NCBI GenBank assembly: GCA_022750055.1
Contig: JAKIWL010000002.1
Span: forward strand, 341,042 to 405,041
Source: Thermoplasmata archaeon
GTDB lineage: Archaea; Thermoplasmatota; Thermoplasmata; Lutacidiplasmatales; UBA184
Direction of reading: 5' to 3'
Length of the DNA: 64,000 nucleotides
Program-made: the position numbers and the translations under genes
The notes under the pieces: generated by a model
Databases searched by the model: none
Seen by the model: only the letters and a program-made list of their open reading frames with translations
Told to the model about the DNA's origin: nothing
Shown: piece after piece, positions 17,023-28,247 of the stretch
Layout: each line of letters opens with the position of its first letter
Numbering within the stretch: position 1 is the first letter of the stretch

Positions 17023-17455
17023 TCCTTCCTCGACGGCCCGTCCGCATCGATGCGACCGGTCGTGCGTTCTTAACCGTTTGCCGGGCGCCGGCCCGGAATA
17101 CGACGAGGCCCGACCTTTCCCTCGGGAACAGCACCGATATCCCTTCCTCGAGTAGCCGATCCCGCAACGCCCGGTCCGCGGTCACGACCCAGGCCCCCAG
17201 GCGCCGCGCGGTCTCGACCACCCCGTCGTCCCCGTCCCGCTCGGCTCGAACCGTTGGATATCGTCGCGCCAATAGGACGGCAGCGGGGGCGTCCGCGACT
17301 CCCCGCTCGCGCAGGCCGCGTAACTCGCGGACCACGCTCGAGGGAACCAGGAGTTCCGCCGACCCGATCGCGCTCTCGACGGCGGATTCGAGCCGGACCG
17401 CCGAGGTGAGCGGAAGGAACAGGGCGTTCGCGTCGAGCAGGACCCGGGGCCGGAT
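16952..17455 (-). CDS. PIN-domain protein (putative ribonuclease), start unresolved
   Basis: RVLLDANALFLPL...ELLVPSSVVRELRGL...GAWVVTADRALRDRLLEEGISVLF carries the PIN acidic quartet (D, E, D). No ATG/GTG/TTG start was found near the domain N-terminus. The frame overlaps the acyl-CoA synthetase stop upstream and the hydrolase start (17022) downstream. Confidence 0.5.
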   Translation of the reverse strand: MRPRVLLDANALFLPLTSAVRLESAVESAIGSAELLVPSSVVRELRGLRERGVADAPAAVLLARRYPTVRAERDGDDGVVETARRLGAWVVTADRALRDRLLEEGISVLFPRERSGLVVFRAGARQTVKNARPVASMRTGRRGRNDRRRPAARPSGPGIRQRRRRRV

Positions 17456-17456
17456 C

Positions 17457-19049
17457 TTACTTCTTTCGGAGGACGATCCCCATCGCGTCGCGGTCGTGAA
17501 CTTCGCCCCCTGTCCGCTGGCGCAGGACGAACCGCTGGGCCTTCTGGTTCGCCGTCCTCGGGATCTCCTCGATGAACTCGATGTATCGGGGGACCATGAA
17601 GAACGGGAGCTGCTCGTTCGAGAACTCGAACAGCTCGCGGGCCGAGACGTGCTTGCCGGGTCGAAGCTGGACGAACGCCTTGACATCCTCCTCTCCGAGG
17701 GGGGACGGCACGCCGACGACGACCGATTCAAAGACCCCCGGATGACGATTGAGCGCGGACTCGACGTCGTACGGCGCGAGATTCTCACCCCGTCGGCGGA
17801 TCACATCTTTCTTCCGGTCGACGAAGTAGTAGTAACCGTCCGGGTCTCGAGTGACGTAGTCGCCTGTGTGGAACCAGAGGTTCTGCCAGGACTGGACGGT
17901 CTCCTCGGGCTTCCGATGGTACCCAAGGAACATCGTAAAGGGCGCCCGCGGGCGGACCACGAGCTCTCCGCGTTCGTTCGCGGGGACCGGGCGGTCGAGG
18001 TCGTCGACGACCTCGGCTTCGACGAAGCTGAGGGGGGTCCCGACGGACCCGACGCGGATCGCGCTGGGCGGGTTCATGAGCGTCGTACAGCCGCACTCCG
18101 TCATCCCGTAGAGCTCGATCACCGTCACGGCGAAGCGTTGCTCGAACTCCCTCCACACCGCTCGCGTCGTGCCTGCGGTCAGTGCGGTCCGGACCCGGTG
18201 GGCCCGGTCGGTGGTACGGTCCGGCTGCTTGTACAGCACATTGATCATGGAGATGAGCAGGGAAACGTGGGTGGCGCCGAACCTCTGGGCCGTCTCCCAG
18301 AAGGTCGTGGCGTGGAACCGGTCGTCGAAGGCCGCGGTGAGGTCGTTCAGGAGCGCCGTCACGGTGGTCATCTCCTGGGCGTTGCAATGAAACAGAGGCA
18401 GGCCCGTGAACAGGACCGAACCGGGGTCCAATCGGCTCCGCTCCCCGATCTCTCTCGAAGTCCGCAGGACCTTTTCATGCGGGATCAGGACCCCCTTAGG
18501 GGGCCCGGTGGTCCCACTCGTGTAGAGGATCTCGCAGGGGTCGGACGGTCGGGGTGGTTCTTCCGACCTCCTCTCGCCTCCCGCGAGCAGGTCGGCGAAA
18601 GTGCCCGCACCGCCCGGAGGGCTGTCCGCCGGAGCCTCTCGGCCGACGATCCATTCGTGCACCGACCCTCCCTCCGGTCGGGCGGCTCGATACGTGTCTC
18701 GGAGATCGGCGTCGACGACCACGCCCTTGGGCTCGGAATCCGTTAGTTCGTAGCGAAGCAGCTCCCCCTTGAGGGCCGTATTCAACGGGACCAGGACCGC
18801 TCCGAGCTTGGCGACCCCGAACCACAACTCCAGGAACTCGGGCCGATTGTACAGTAGGGCGGCGACCCGATCGCCTCGACCGATGCCACCGGCACGGAGT
18901 CCCGACGCGACCTGATCCGAAGCTCCGTCGAGCTCTCGGTAGCTCAGGTCTCGATGGGCAAATCGCGCAGCGAGCCGGTCGCCGTTCTTCCGGGCCTTCC
19001 CCCGAATGAGGCTGGCGAGATCGTGATACTCCTCTCCGGGTTCGAGCAT
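17457..19049 (-). CDS. AMP-dependent synthetase/ligase (acyl-CoA synthetase, FadD-like)
   Basis: ILYTSGTTGPPKGVLIPHEKV (AMP-binding motif I), YGMTECG, GDYVTRDPDGYYYFVDRKKDVIRRRGENL. Confidence 0.85.
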   Translation of the reverse strand: MLEPGEEYHDLASLIRGKARKNGDRLAARFAHRDLSYRELDGASDQVASGLRAGGIGRGDRVAALLYNRPEFLELWFGVAKLGAVLVPLNTALKGELLRYELTDSEPKGVVVDADLRDTYRAARPEGGSVHEWIVGREAPADSPPGGAGTFADLLAGGERRSEEPPRPSDPCEILYTSGTTGPPKGVLIPHEKVLRTSREIGERSRLDPGSVLFTGLPLFHCNAQEMTTVTALLNDLTAAFDDRFHATTFWETAQRFGATHVSLLISMINVLYKQPDRTTDRAHRVRTALTAGTTRAVWREFEQRFAVTVIELYGMTECGCTTLMNPPSAIRVGSVGTPLSFVEAEVVDDLDRPVPANERGELVVRPRAPFTMFLGYHRKPEETVQSWQNLWFHTGDYVTRDPDGYYYFVDRKKDVIRRRGENLAPYDVESALNRHPGVFESVVVGVPSPLGEEDVKAFVQLRPGKHVSARELFEFSNEQLPFFMVPRYIEFIEEIPRTANQKAQRFVLRQRTGGEVHDRDAMGIVLRKK

Positions 19050-19271
19050 TCGGCCCGAGGGAGGAGGGCGGATTCATATCGTCCGCGGTCGCGACAAGAG
19101 CCGTCCCCGTTCGAGGGCCGTCCTAGGCTTTCGACCGAGCCGATCGGACGTGCTGGGCCAAGAAAGGCCGCGACCACCCTCGCTCCATTCGGCGGGTCGT
19201 CGATAGGAGATCGATCCCCGGACGGGGGCTGCGACGTTTCGCGCGGATGCGGCGTCGAGACCCCGTCGTCC

Positions 19272-20573
19272 TCAGCGGGAGTTCCGACGGCGGTACGAGG
19301 CGACGCCGAGGGCTCCAGCGACGACGAGTACGCCCACTACCCCGGACCAAGGTAGCATCGCCATCACCGTCCAACCCGGCGCATGTCCTCGTTGACCGAT
19401 CGTCGACGGAGCGGAGGAGATCGGGGCCGGGGACGGAGTGGATCGAACCGGGGCGCTGACCGGCGTCGTCGAGCCGGGGGCGCTCGGGGACGAGGTCGTG
19501 CTGGCCGAACCGCCGCCGGACGCTGAGCTGCCCCCACCCGAGGAGGGACTCGTTCCTGTGCCGGTCGACGAAGCGGCCGGAGCGGCTCGCTCGGCATATA
19601 CGCTCGACAGGGCGCTTCCAGCGAGGTCGTATTCGGGAGCGGGGTTCACGGTCCAGTTGGAGGTCGCCCCCTGGAACAGGTCGGAGCCGACCGCGGTCAG
19701 GAAGAGGTCATTGTCGAGGTTGAACGGGCCATGGGAACGAAGGCCAATCCGCACGACCGAGCGGTTGTTCACAGTCCCGCTGCCGAGGTCCTTGCCACGG
19801 ACCGACTCGTGTCCGGTCCGGTTGAGCTGCCCGACGAAGGAACCGGTGCGGCCGTACGTCGTTCCGTTGTAGACCGCATCGAAGCTATAGGAATCGTTCC
19901 ATCCGCCGGTCGCATTGTACGAGCTCGTCGCGTTCCAGGTCAGGTTCGTCGACAAGTTCCAGGGGATGAGTCCGAGCGCCGGGCTGAATTGGACGTTGAA
20001 TCCGGCGAGTTGGGACTCGTCGAACACGGAGGTATAGGTTCGGTTCCCCCACGTGAGATTCGTCGTCTCCGTCAGGTTCTGAACATTCCGTGCGGACGCG
20101 TTGGTGACTCCGAGCGCGTTCACAAGAGTGCCGTTCTCATCAACCTTCGCGGTCGTCGTGAGGTTCAGGAATTGGGAGTCCCGAGTCCCCGCGCGGACCT
20201 TGACGAGCTCCCGATACAGGGGGGCCGTGCAGTTGGGAATGCACCACGAAGCGACGAGGGTCGCGTTCGTCCAGCGAAGTCCGTGCATTTCGGTCGATGT
20301 GTTCGAGGTATTGGTGGCCGTGATCCGGTCGTTCACCCCATAGAACGTGCTCACGTTGTACGTGATGGTGACGTTCCCCAGTGTGCGTGTCGTGGTGTTG
20401 TTATCCCATCGCTGGAGGCTGTGGCTCCACGTCTGAGGGGGAGAGGCGAGGGACGAGGTGGCGGCCGCTTGAGCGCCGACCGAAGAAAGCAGGACGACCA
20501 GCAACGAGCCGAGGACGATCGCTCCCCGGATCATCGAACGGCCGCGCTCTCCAATCGCTCGGTATGCGGGCAT
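19272..20573 (-). CDS. Secreted, heavily N-glycosylated cell-surface protein with a C-terminal TM anchor
   Basis: Signal peptide (MIRGAIVLGSLLVVLLSSVGAQA), about 20 N-x-S/T sequons, an S/T/P/G-rich linker (SSTGTGTSPSSGGGSSASGGG...), and a C-terminal hydrophobic helix followed by RRRNSR. Confidence 0.7.
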   Translation of the reverse strand: MPAYRAIGERGRSMIRGAIVLGSLLVVLLSSVGAQAAATSSLASPPQTWSHSLQRWDNNTTTRTLGNVTITYNVSTFYGVNDRITATNTSNTSTEMHGLRWTNATLVASWCIPNCTAPLYRELVKVRAGTRDSQFLNLTTTAKVDENGTLVNALGVTNASARNVQNLTETTNLTWGNRTYTSVFDESQLAGFNVQFSPALGLIPWNLSTNLTWNATSSYNATGGWNDSYSFDAVYNGTTYGRTGSFVGQLNRTGHESVRGKDLGSGTVNNRSVVRIGLRSHGPFNLDNDLFLTAVGSDLFQGATSNWTVNPAPEYDLAGSALSSVYAERAAPAASSTGTGTSPSSGGGSSASGGGSASTTSSPSAPGSTTPVSAPVRSTPSPAPISSAPSTIGQRGHAPGWTVMAMLPWSGVVGVLVVAGALGVASYRRRNSR

Positions 20574-20594
20574 CAGTTCGGGACCGAATCACAC

Positions 20595-20604
20595 GTATAT
20601 ATAC
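20595..20604 (-). promoter_or_regulatory. Palindromic TATA box GTATATATAC about 22-31 nt upstream of the glycoprotein start at 20573
   Basis: Unique AT decamer in the divergent intergenic region 20574-20788. Confidence 0.4.
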
Positions 20605-20788
20605 TGGGGTCTGGCCGTCCGGTTTTGGTCGATCGAGGGCCGCGTTCCGTCGGCCCGGCCCGTCAACGAGCCGTCCCAGGTTGTGGAGGGATCCCCGAAT
20701 TCGATCCGAAGGGCAAGGCGCCCGATCGGAGGTTGTCTTCCGCCTGGCGGCTCGGAGCCCTGATAGGGTGCGAAAGTTGTCCGGGGGC

Positions 20789-21241
20789 GTGGCAGAGCGG
20801 GTGGGGCCCTTCCGGCCCGACGCACCGGGCCTGACCGAGCTCGCGGCGGGAGGAGTCGTGTATGACCGAGCGACCGGCGACGTCCTCATTCTCCATGTCA
20901 AGGAGGAGGATCGGTGGGGCTTTCCGAAGGGTCATGTCGAGGCTGGGGAGTCGGTCTTGGCCGCCGCCCGGCGGGAGATCGAGGAGGAGACTACGCTTTC
21001 CGGTCTAGAGTTCGAGCATGAGGTCGCCGAGGTCCACTACCGGTTCTTCGTTCCGTCGCAGAGCGTCAACGTGTTCAAGACCGTGGTCTATTGGAAAGTT
21101 CGGTCCGCCTCTCGGGACGTTCGCTTGGAGGCGGGCTTCGATCGATTCCTGTGGGGGAGCCCCCGAGACCTGCTGGGGATCCTGACCTATGAAACGGACC
21201 GAACGGTCATCCATCGGTTCCTCGACGACGCGCTCGGGTAA
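20789..21241 (+). CDS. NUDIX hydrolase
   Basis: Nudix box GFPKGHVEAGESVLAAARREIEEETTL; GTG start at 20789 is proposed (the ORF is open from 20381 through non-coding-looking sequence). Confidence 0.75.
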   Translation: MAERVGPFRPDAPGLTELAAGGVVYDRATGDVLILHVKEEDRWGFPKGHVEAGESVLAAARREIEEETTLSGLEFEHEVAEVHYRFFVPSQSVNVFKTVVYWKVRSASRDVRLEAGFDRFLWGSPRDLLGILTYETDRTVIHRFLDDALG

Positions 21242-21348
21242 CGGACCCGAGGGAGAGTTTCGCCCTCGAGATCGGCGAAGAGGTTGGGTCATGGGAATCC
21301 CGACCCCGCGGGACGACGAGGTCGCAGGTCGGTGGGGGGTTCCCTGTC

Positions 21349-22695
21349 CTAGCCCCCCGGGTTCGTCCCGTTCGTACCCATCGGACGCCGCGGCCGGCGA
21401 GCGAGCACCAGCGCGACGGCACCGACCGCAGCGACGGTGACGCTGACTCCGACGGCCAGCGCGAGGAGTCCGGACGACGACGCCGGAGAGGTGCACCCTC
21501 CGATGAGACACTGGCTCGCTTGCTGCGCGGCCTGCGGGGACTCGGGTTGTTCCTGGATCGACTCGCTCGCGGCGGGCGGGTTCGGGGATGAGCCGCCCGG
21601 GCCGCTCGTCCCTTGGACCGACGCCGAGCCGAGGGCCGTCGTACCGAGGGCGGCCGACGTCGACACCGCCTGCATCCGCGCCGTGCGGGAGGCGTGGTCG
21701 ACGGCCACATCCAGGGTCGACGTCGTGGCCTGGGCCGTTGCGACCGCGTGCACGTTCCATCCGACGCTCCCTCCTCCGAACAGGTCCGCGTCGACCGTCG
21801 TCACGAACAGACCCTCCGCGAACTCAAACGGGCCCGAGAACGCGAGAACGATCACATCGACCACGGCCCCGTTCCGGAGGGTGAGGTTGCCGATGTCCGC
21901 GCCACGAACCGACTCGACGCCACGGTGGCTGACGTTCCCGCTCGAGGTTCCCGACGCTGAGGTTGCGATCCCGTTTAGGACGTTCGAGAACGAGTAGCTA
22001 TCGTTCCACCCCCCGTGCGCGGAGAACGTGCTCGTCGAGTTCCAGACCTGACCGGCCGAGGCGTTCCAGGGAACCAGGCCAAGGGCGGGCTGGAATGAGA
22101 CACCCATCGATGCCCGGCGGCTGACGTCGAGCGTGCCCTTCGCTCCCACGTGGGTCCCCCGAACGATCGAGTACGATTCGTTCAGCTGGCCCCGCGCGCT
22201 CGAGGAAGCGTTGAGCACTCCGAGTGCCGGAACCGCGACGATCGCCCGCACGGACGTGCCGTTCACGGAAACCGTCGTGGTCTCGTACACGGTGGCGTTC
22301 GTCGTCAGGTTCACGAAGGCCGAGAGCTGCTGCCAGGCCCGGAGACTCAGGTTCGCCGAGGAATTCGGGTGGGAGCAGTCGGGCCGGCAGAAGTCGGCGA
22401 AGAAACTCTCACCGATCGTCCGGACCGCTTGCACCTCCCGAGTCGTCGCGGTCGTGTTCGTCTCGGTGATCACGACGTGCTCGCCGAAGTACGCTCTCGA
22501 GCTGAACGATCCGTTGTCGAACGTGACGGTCGTGTTGACCCATCGCTGTCCCCCGTAGGCCCATTGCCGGGGCGCCCCGCCGTTCGAGGGGGTCAGGGGG
22601 CCCGCGCTCGCAACCGGCGCGAACGCCGGAACGATCATCGCCGCCAAGACCGCCATGCTCACGATCGCCGCTAGTCCCAATCGGGTTTCGTTCAT
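21349..22695 (-). CDS. Secreted N-glycosylated surface protein, paralog of 19272..20573
   Basis: Begins MNETRLGLAAIVSMAVLAAMIVPAFAPVASA (signal peptide). Shares blocks with the upstream paralog (W..G.RWxNTT, FSPALGL.PWN.S, GGWNDSYSF, ESVRGxD.G), dense N-x-S/T sequons and a C-terminal TM anchor. The ORF-track ORF 21349..23463 extends upstream through non-coding sequence. Confidence 0.7.
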   Translation of the reverse strand: MNETRLGLAAIVSMAVLAAMIVPAFAPVASAGPLTPSNGGAPRQWAYGGQRWVNTTVTFDNGSFSSRAYFGEHVVITETNTTATTREVQAVRTIGESFFADFCRPDCSHPNSSANLSLRAWQQLSAFVNLTTNATVYETTTVSVNGTSVRAIVAVPALGVLNASSSARGQLNESYSIVRGTHVGAKGTLDVSRRASMGVSFQPALGLVPWNASAGQVWNSTSTFSAHGGWNDSYSFSNVLNGIATSASGTSSGNVSHRGVESVRGADIGNLTLRNGAVVDVIVLAFSGPFEFAEGLFVTTVDADLFGGGSVGWNVHAVATAQATTSTLDVAVDHASRTARMQAVSTSAALGTTALGSASVQGTSGPGGSSPNPPAASESIQEQPESPQAAQQASQCLIGGCTSPASSSGLLALAVGVSVTVAAVGAVALVLARRPRRPMGTNGTNPGG

Positions 22696-22877
22696 CGTCC
22701 GATCCTGCCTCCTTCGGAAGAGTTCGTCTTCCCGACCGAAGGAGCTCGGGAACAGAATATCAACGGATGTTCCGCCGGAGCGAATCCGGTCGGGACACCG
22801 TGCTAGTGCGTGGCCGGATCGGAATCCCGCAGGATCGGTAGATCCCCGTCGGGACCGCAGGGCCCGACCTCCGTCGT

Positions 22878-24548
<1,671 letters not shown>

Positions 24549-24673
24549 GGCGCACGCGATATCCTCCCGACTTCAAGGGCTTTCGCGCCGAGGACGTCCG
24601 GGCCCTTGGAGGTCGTCCTGCCCGGTCGAACCCGCGAAAGTTTTTCCGCTCACGGACCCTCCTTCGTCGGGGC

Positions 24674-24746
24674 GCCGCTGTAGCTCAGTCGGAAGAGCGG
24701 CTGATTTGTAATCAGCAGGTCGGGAGTTCGATTCTCTCCAGCGGCT
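24674..24746 (+). tRNA. tRNA-Thr (anticodon TGT)
   Basis: Cloverleaf: acceptor GCCGCTG/CAGCGGC, D-arm GCTC..GAGC, anticodon stem GCTGA/TCAGC with loop TTTGTAA (U33, anticodon UGU), T-arm GGGAG TTCGATT CTCTC, discriminator U. CCA is not encoded. Confidence 0.85.
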
Positions 24747-24784
24747 CCCGACCGGGGGTCCGGTGGTCCGACGGTCGGGGGTGC

Positions 24785-27700
24785 TCAGCGAGCCCGCTGG
24801 GCGGAACGGTGAGGGCGAGCAGCGAACCCGGGGCCCGTCGACGGACCCGGGGGGCCGACCCCCCCGCGCCTTCTTCGCCGGGCAACGACGACCCCCACTA
24901 TTGCCAGCGCGACGAAGGAGATGGGGATGCCGAGTTCCCAGGCCCAGAACGAGCTCGGGGCCTCGGGCGCAGGAGGCCGGTAGGGGAGCGAAAGGTTGGT
25001 CCAGGTTAGGTTCGACTCTCCGCCCACTCCGGTCACCCGGACTGCGAGGCAAGCCCGACCGGCCGCAGAGATCGCCGTCAGGGTGAATCGCTCCGACGGC
25101 CAGGGCAGGACCGCCTGCAGGGTGGGTTCGCAAGCATTCGCCCCGTAGACGGTCTCATTCGTCAAACTCCCTGCCGGGTCGGTCCATCGAAGAAGGATGG
25201 CGTCGGGGCCGAGGACCTGGACCCCGACGAACGATGGAGCGGCGGGCCGCGTCGTGACGTTGAGCGGGGGTGACGCGAGGGAAGGCCCGGAGGAATCCCA
25301 CCCTCGGACCTCGAGACAGTACTGAGTATTCTCCGACAGACCACGAAGCGTCGTCGTAGGGCTGGCCCCGGTCCAGCGGGTCGTCAGGGAATCGCAGGCC
25401 GGGCCCATCGATAGCGAAAAGGAGACGGTCCCCGAGGCGGCCGGCTGCCAGGCCACCTGCACCTGATCTGGGAATGGCGAACTCGCGCGGACCCCGGCCG
25501 GGGCGTCCGGTAACGTCGTAGAGTTGGCCCAGGAGAAGGTCGAGTTCGGCCCGGAGAACGCCCAGGCCTCCACGGCCACACAGTATCGGGCAGCCGGAGT
25601 GAGCCCGCCCAAGTTCCACGCGGTCGCGGGCCCATCGGTCGGGTGGGCGGTCAACGAGCGGCAATCCGGACCCGTCAGGAGGGTATCATTGACGATCGTG
25701 CCGGTCGGATTCTGCCAAGTCAGACGGAGCGTGGTGGCGGAAGTGGGAGCAACGGCGAGGCCGGTCGGTGCAAACGGGAGGGTGCTCGTGAGAACACTGA
25801 CGGACAGGCCGGACGGACCGGTCGCGGCCCAGGCTTGGACCCGAACGCAGTAATCGGCGGCCGCGGGCAGTCCGTAGAGCGTGAAGGACACCACAGGGCG
25901 TCCGGTGGAGATCGATTGAAGGGTAGTGCAATTCGGCCCGAAGTAGACCGTGTCATTCACCAGGGGTCCGGTTGGATTCTGCCACTCGAGGGAGATGGTG
26001 GAGGGGGACGCCCCGGTCGCGTTCAACCAATACGGGGGTGCCGGCGGGGCGGAGGGCCCGGTGCATACGCTATCGGCGAGGGCGTCGCCGAACCCGTGGA
26101 GATTGAGCGGGACCACCCGGATGATGTAGCAGGTCCTGGCTTCGAGATTCGTCAACACGACCCGCGTCGCGTTCCCCGGGAGCGAAGCCGATCCGTTCGG
26201 CCCGCCGAGCGGGCTGGTCGTGGCGTACGATACGGTGAAGTTGAGGATCCAGGGGGCCTGACTCGCGGGCTCGGACCACGATACGCCGATCGAGGTCCCG
26301 TTGGAGGAACCGTTCACGAGGGTGGGGGCCGTGGGGGGGGCCGTTTCCGCCAGGGGCGCGCTCCGGGGGAACGGGAACTCGGAGAGCCCGAGCTTCCAGT
26401 TCCAATAGATCGTCCCCGGCGACCCGGCTCGATCGAGAGGGCAAGGCGAGGCGACGCAAGCCCCCGAAGCGAGGCCCACGAGGTACGACCCGTTGTAGAA
26501 GAGTCCCTCCTCGTCGTACGATTGCTGGGCCGCCTCCGTACCGTTCGGCCCCGGCCAGGACTGGGAGACGTTCGACGAGTACCACTGGCGAGAGGCCGGG
26601 TCGAGGAGCCATGAATCGTTCTGGAAGGTCGCATTCCAAGCGCCGGCGACCCAGGGTCCTGAGCCCGACATCCCGATCCGGTGCTCGGAGGAGCCGACGG
26701 GGAAGGCGGCCGGGCCCTGCGGGAGCGACCGCCCAAAGCCGCAACCCCCGACCCCCAACGACGTCACCCCGGTCATCCGCCCGCCAGCCCCGATGCTCGC
26801 GTACGCCGTGACGGCCTGGTTCTTCTTGCAGGTCCCGGCCGTGAAGTACAACCGGTGGGCGGTGAGATTGTAGTCCATTCCCGCGACGAAGTTCGAGGAG
26901 ATGTTCGTCCCCCAGTATCCGGTCGCCTCGGTCTGGACAGAGACCCCGGTATACGCGATCTGGGCGATCTCGTCGGAGCTCGAGTTGTCGGCGTCCACAT
27001 CGAACCATGCGTTCAGCACGGGAACCCAGTAGGCATTGTTCGCCTCGAAGAACGGGACGTGTCCGAGGGTCCATTGGGTTTGGTTCCGGAAGTTCCAGTC
27101 TAACATTCTTCCGTCGCTCAGGAGCAGAACAGCGTCGGTCGAGGCCCCGTTGCGCCCGACGAGGTTGACCTGCACGTTCAGACGCGTCGCGCCGACCTGG
27201 ATCCCTGTGAAGTTCCACTCGTGGGTGACACCGGTGCTCACGTTCACGGCGTAGAAGGTGATCGCCGAGAGGTTGGTGCACTTCGCTAGGCAGCCGAATT
27301 CGTAGATGAAGGACCCGTCATTGGTAGCCCATCCGGTGTTCTCGACTCCGGCGTAGTTCATCACGTTCTGGTACAGCGGAAGCCAGGGGGCGATCCGAGT
27401 CACCCCACCCGTGACAAAATTGTAAAAGACGAGCACCATCGAGGCGTTGACGTAGAACGCACCATCGGCCGTCCAGGACAAGATCGGGACTTGGACGTTG
27501 AGGTTCTCTCGGGTGAAGTAGGTGGTCAAGTTCACGTACCCGGGCAACGCCAGGGTCGCGTTCCCGTACGGGACGTACTCCGGCGTGGTCATCGGGGGAA
27601 GGTTCGTTAGGGCCCCTTGCGCGGCGAACCAACGCCCCGTTCCGCCAACCGTTCCCGTTCGGTTGGAGTAGACGTAGTAGGTGCCGTTGGAGCTCGGCAG

Positions 27701-28021
27701 GGCAAGGGCAAACCCTCCGTTGGGCCCGGTCGTCCCGTTCGCGACGACCGAGCAGCTCGCGATCCCGGCCGCCGTGACCGGGGGGGAGGGACATGGGAAC
27801 GCGACAACCGTAACGGGTATCCCGGCAAGACCGGTCCCGCCCGGCGCGAGGAGGACCCCTTGAAGCATGGGGGGCCCCGACGGCCGCGCGTCCAGCTGAT
27901 GGGCCGGAGCGGGAACCGCCGCGCCGCCGCCCGTCAGGCCCGCCGGACCCGCAACCAAGAGGAGAACGAGGAGACCGCCGGCTGACCAGAGCGGGAGGGA
28001 ACGTCGACGCCGCTCGGACAT
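24785..28021 (-). CDS. Giant (1078 aa) secreted surface protein with multiple FN3/Ig-like repeats and a C-terminal TM anchor
   Basis: N-terminal signal peptide (RRRRSLPLWSAGGLLVLLLVAGPAG). The C-terminal half has about 6 repeats of roughly 95 aa (e.g. LxWQNPTGxxVNDTxxxGPxCxxL...YCVxVxAWAxxGPS). Many N-x-S/T sequons; C-terminal FVALAIVGVVVARRRRRGG. Confidence 0.75.
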   Translation of the reverse strand: MSERRRRSLPLWSAGGLLVLLLVAGPAGLTGGGAAVPAPAHQLDARPSGPPMLQGVLLAPGGTGLAGIPVTVVAFPCPSPPVTAAGIASCSVVANGTTGPNGGFALALPSSNGTYYVYSNRTGTVGGTGRWFAAQGALTNLPPMTTPEYVPYGNATLALPGYVNLTTYFTRENLNVQVPILSWTADGAFYVNASMVLVFYNFVTGGVTRIAPWLPLYQNVMNYAGVENTGWATNDGSFIYEFGCLAKCTNLSAITFYAVNVSTGVTHEWNFTGIQVGATRLNVQVNLVGRNGASTDAVLLLSDGRMLDWNFRNQTQWTLGHVPFFEANNAYWVPVLNAWFDVDADNSSSDEIAQIAYTGVSVQTEATGYWGTNISSNFVAGMDYNLTAHRLYFTAGTCKKNQAVTAYASIGAGGRMTGVTSLGVGGCGFGRSLPQGPAAFPVGSSEHRIGMSGSGPWVAGAWNATFQNDSWLLDPASRQWYSSNVSQSWPGPNGTEAAQQSYDEEGLFYNGSYLVGLASGACVASPCPLDRAGSPGTIYWNWKLGLSEFPFPRSAPLAETAPPTAPTLVNGSSNGTSIGVSWSEPASQAPWILNFTVSYATTSPLGGPNGSASLPGNATRVVLTNLEARTCYIIRVVPLNLHGFGDALADSVCTGPSAPPAPPYWLNATGASPSTISLEWQNPTGPLVNDTVYFGPNCTTLQSISTGRPVVSFTLYGLPAAADYCVRVQAWAATGPSGLSVSVLTSTLPFAPTGLAVAPTSATTLRLTWQNPTGTIVNDTLLTGPDCRSLTAHPTDGPATAWNLGGLTPAARYCVAVEAWAFSGPNSTFSWANSTTLPDAPAGVRASSPFPDQVQVAWQPAASGTVSFSLSMGPACDSLTTRWTGASPTTTLRGLSENTQYCLEVRGWDSSGPSLASPPLNVTTRPAAPSFVGVQVLGPDAILLRWTDPAGSLTNETVYGANACEPTLQAVLPWPSERFTLTAISAAGRACLAVRVTGVGGESNLTWTNLSLPYRPPAPEAPSSFWAWELGIPISFVALAIVGVVVARRRRRGGVGPPGPSTGPGFAARPHRSAQRAR

Positions 28022-28043
28022 CCATCTGTACGGTCGTTCCGGT

Positions 28044-28052
28044 GGTATAACG
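28044..28052 (-). promoter_or_regulatory. TATA-like element (GGTATAACG) about 25 nt upstream of the giant surface-protein start (28021)
   Basis: AT island in the divergent intergenic region 28022-28247. Confidence 0.3.
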
Positions 28053-28247
28053 ACATCAGCCGCCCTCCGTCACGAGCCGACGGTCCGAACCCGCGAGACG
28101 CCGACAACGTAGCCCCGGATCGAGATCACCGGGTTCGCCGTCGTTCGCCGGTTGGACCGATACGCGCGACGCGACCCGTCGCTCCGTACGGAAGCAGCGA
28201 GCCGCAGCAAACTGCGTAATAAGCGCCGCTCCACTCGCGCCCGTGCG

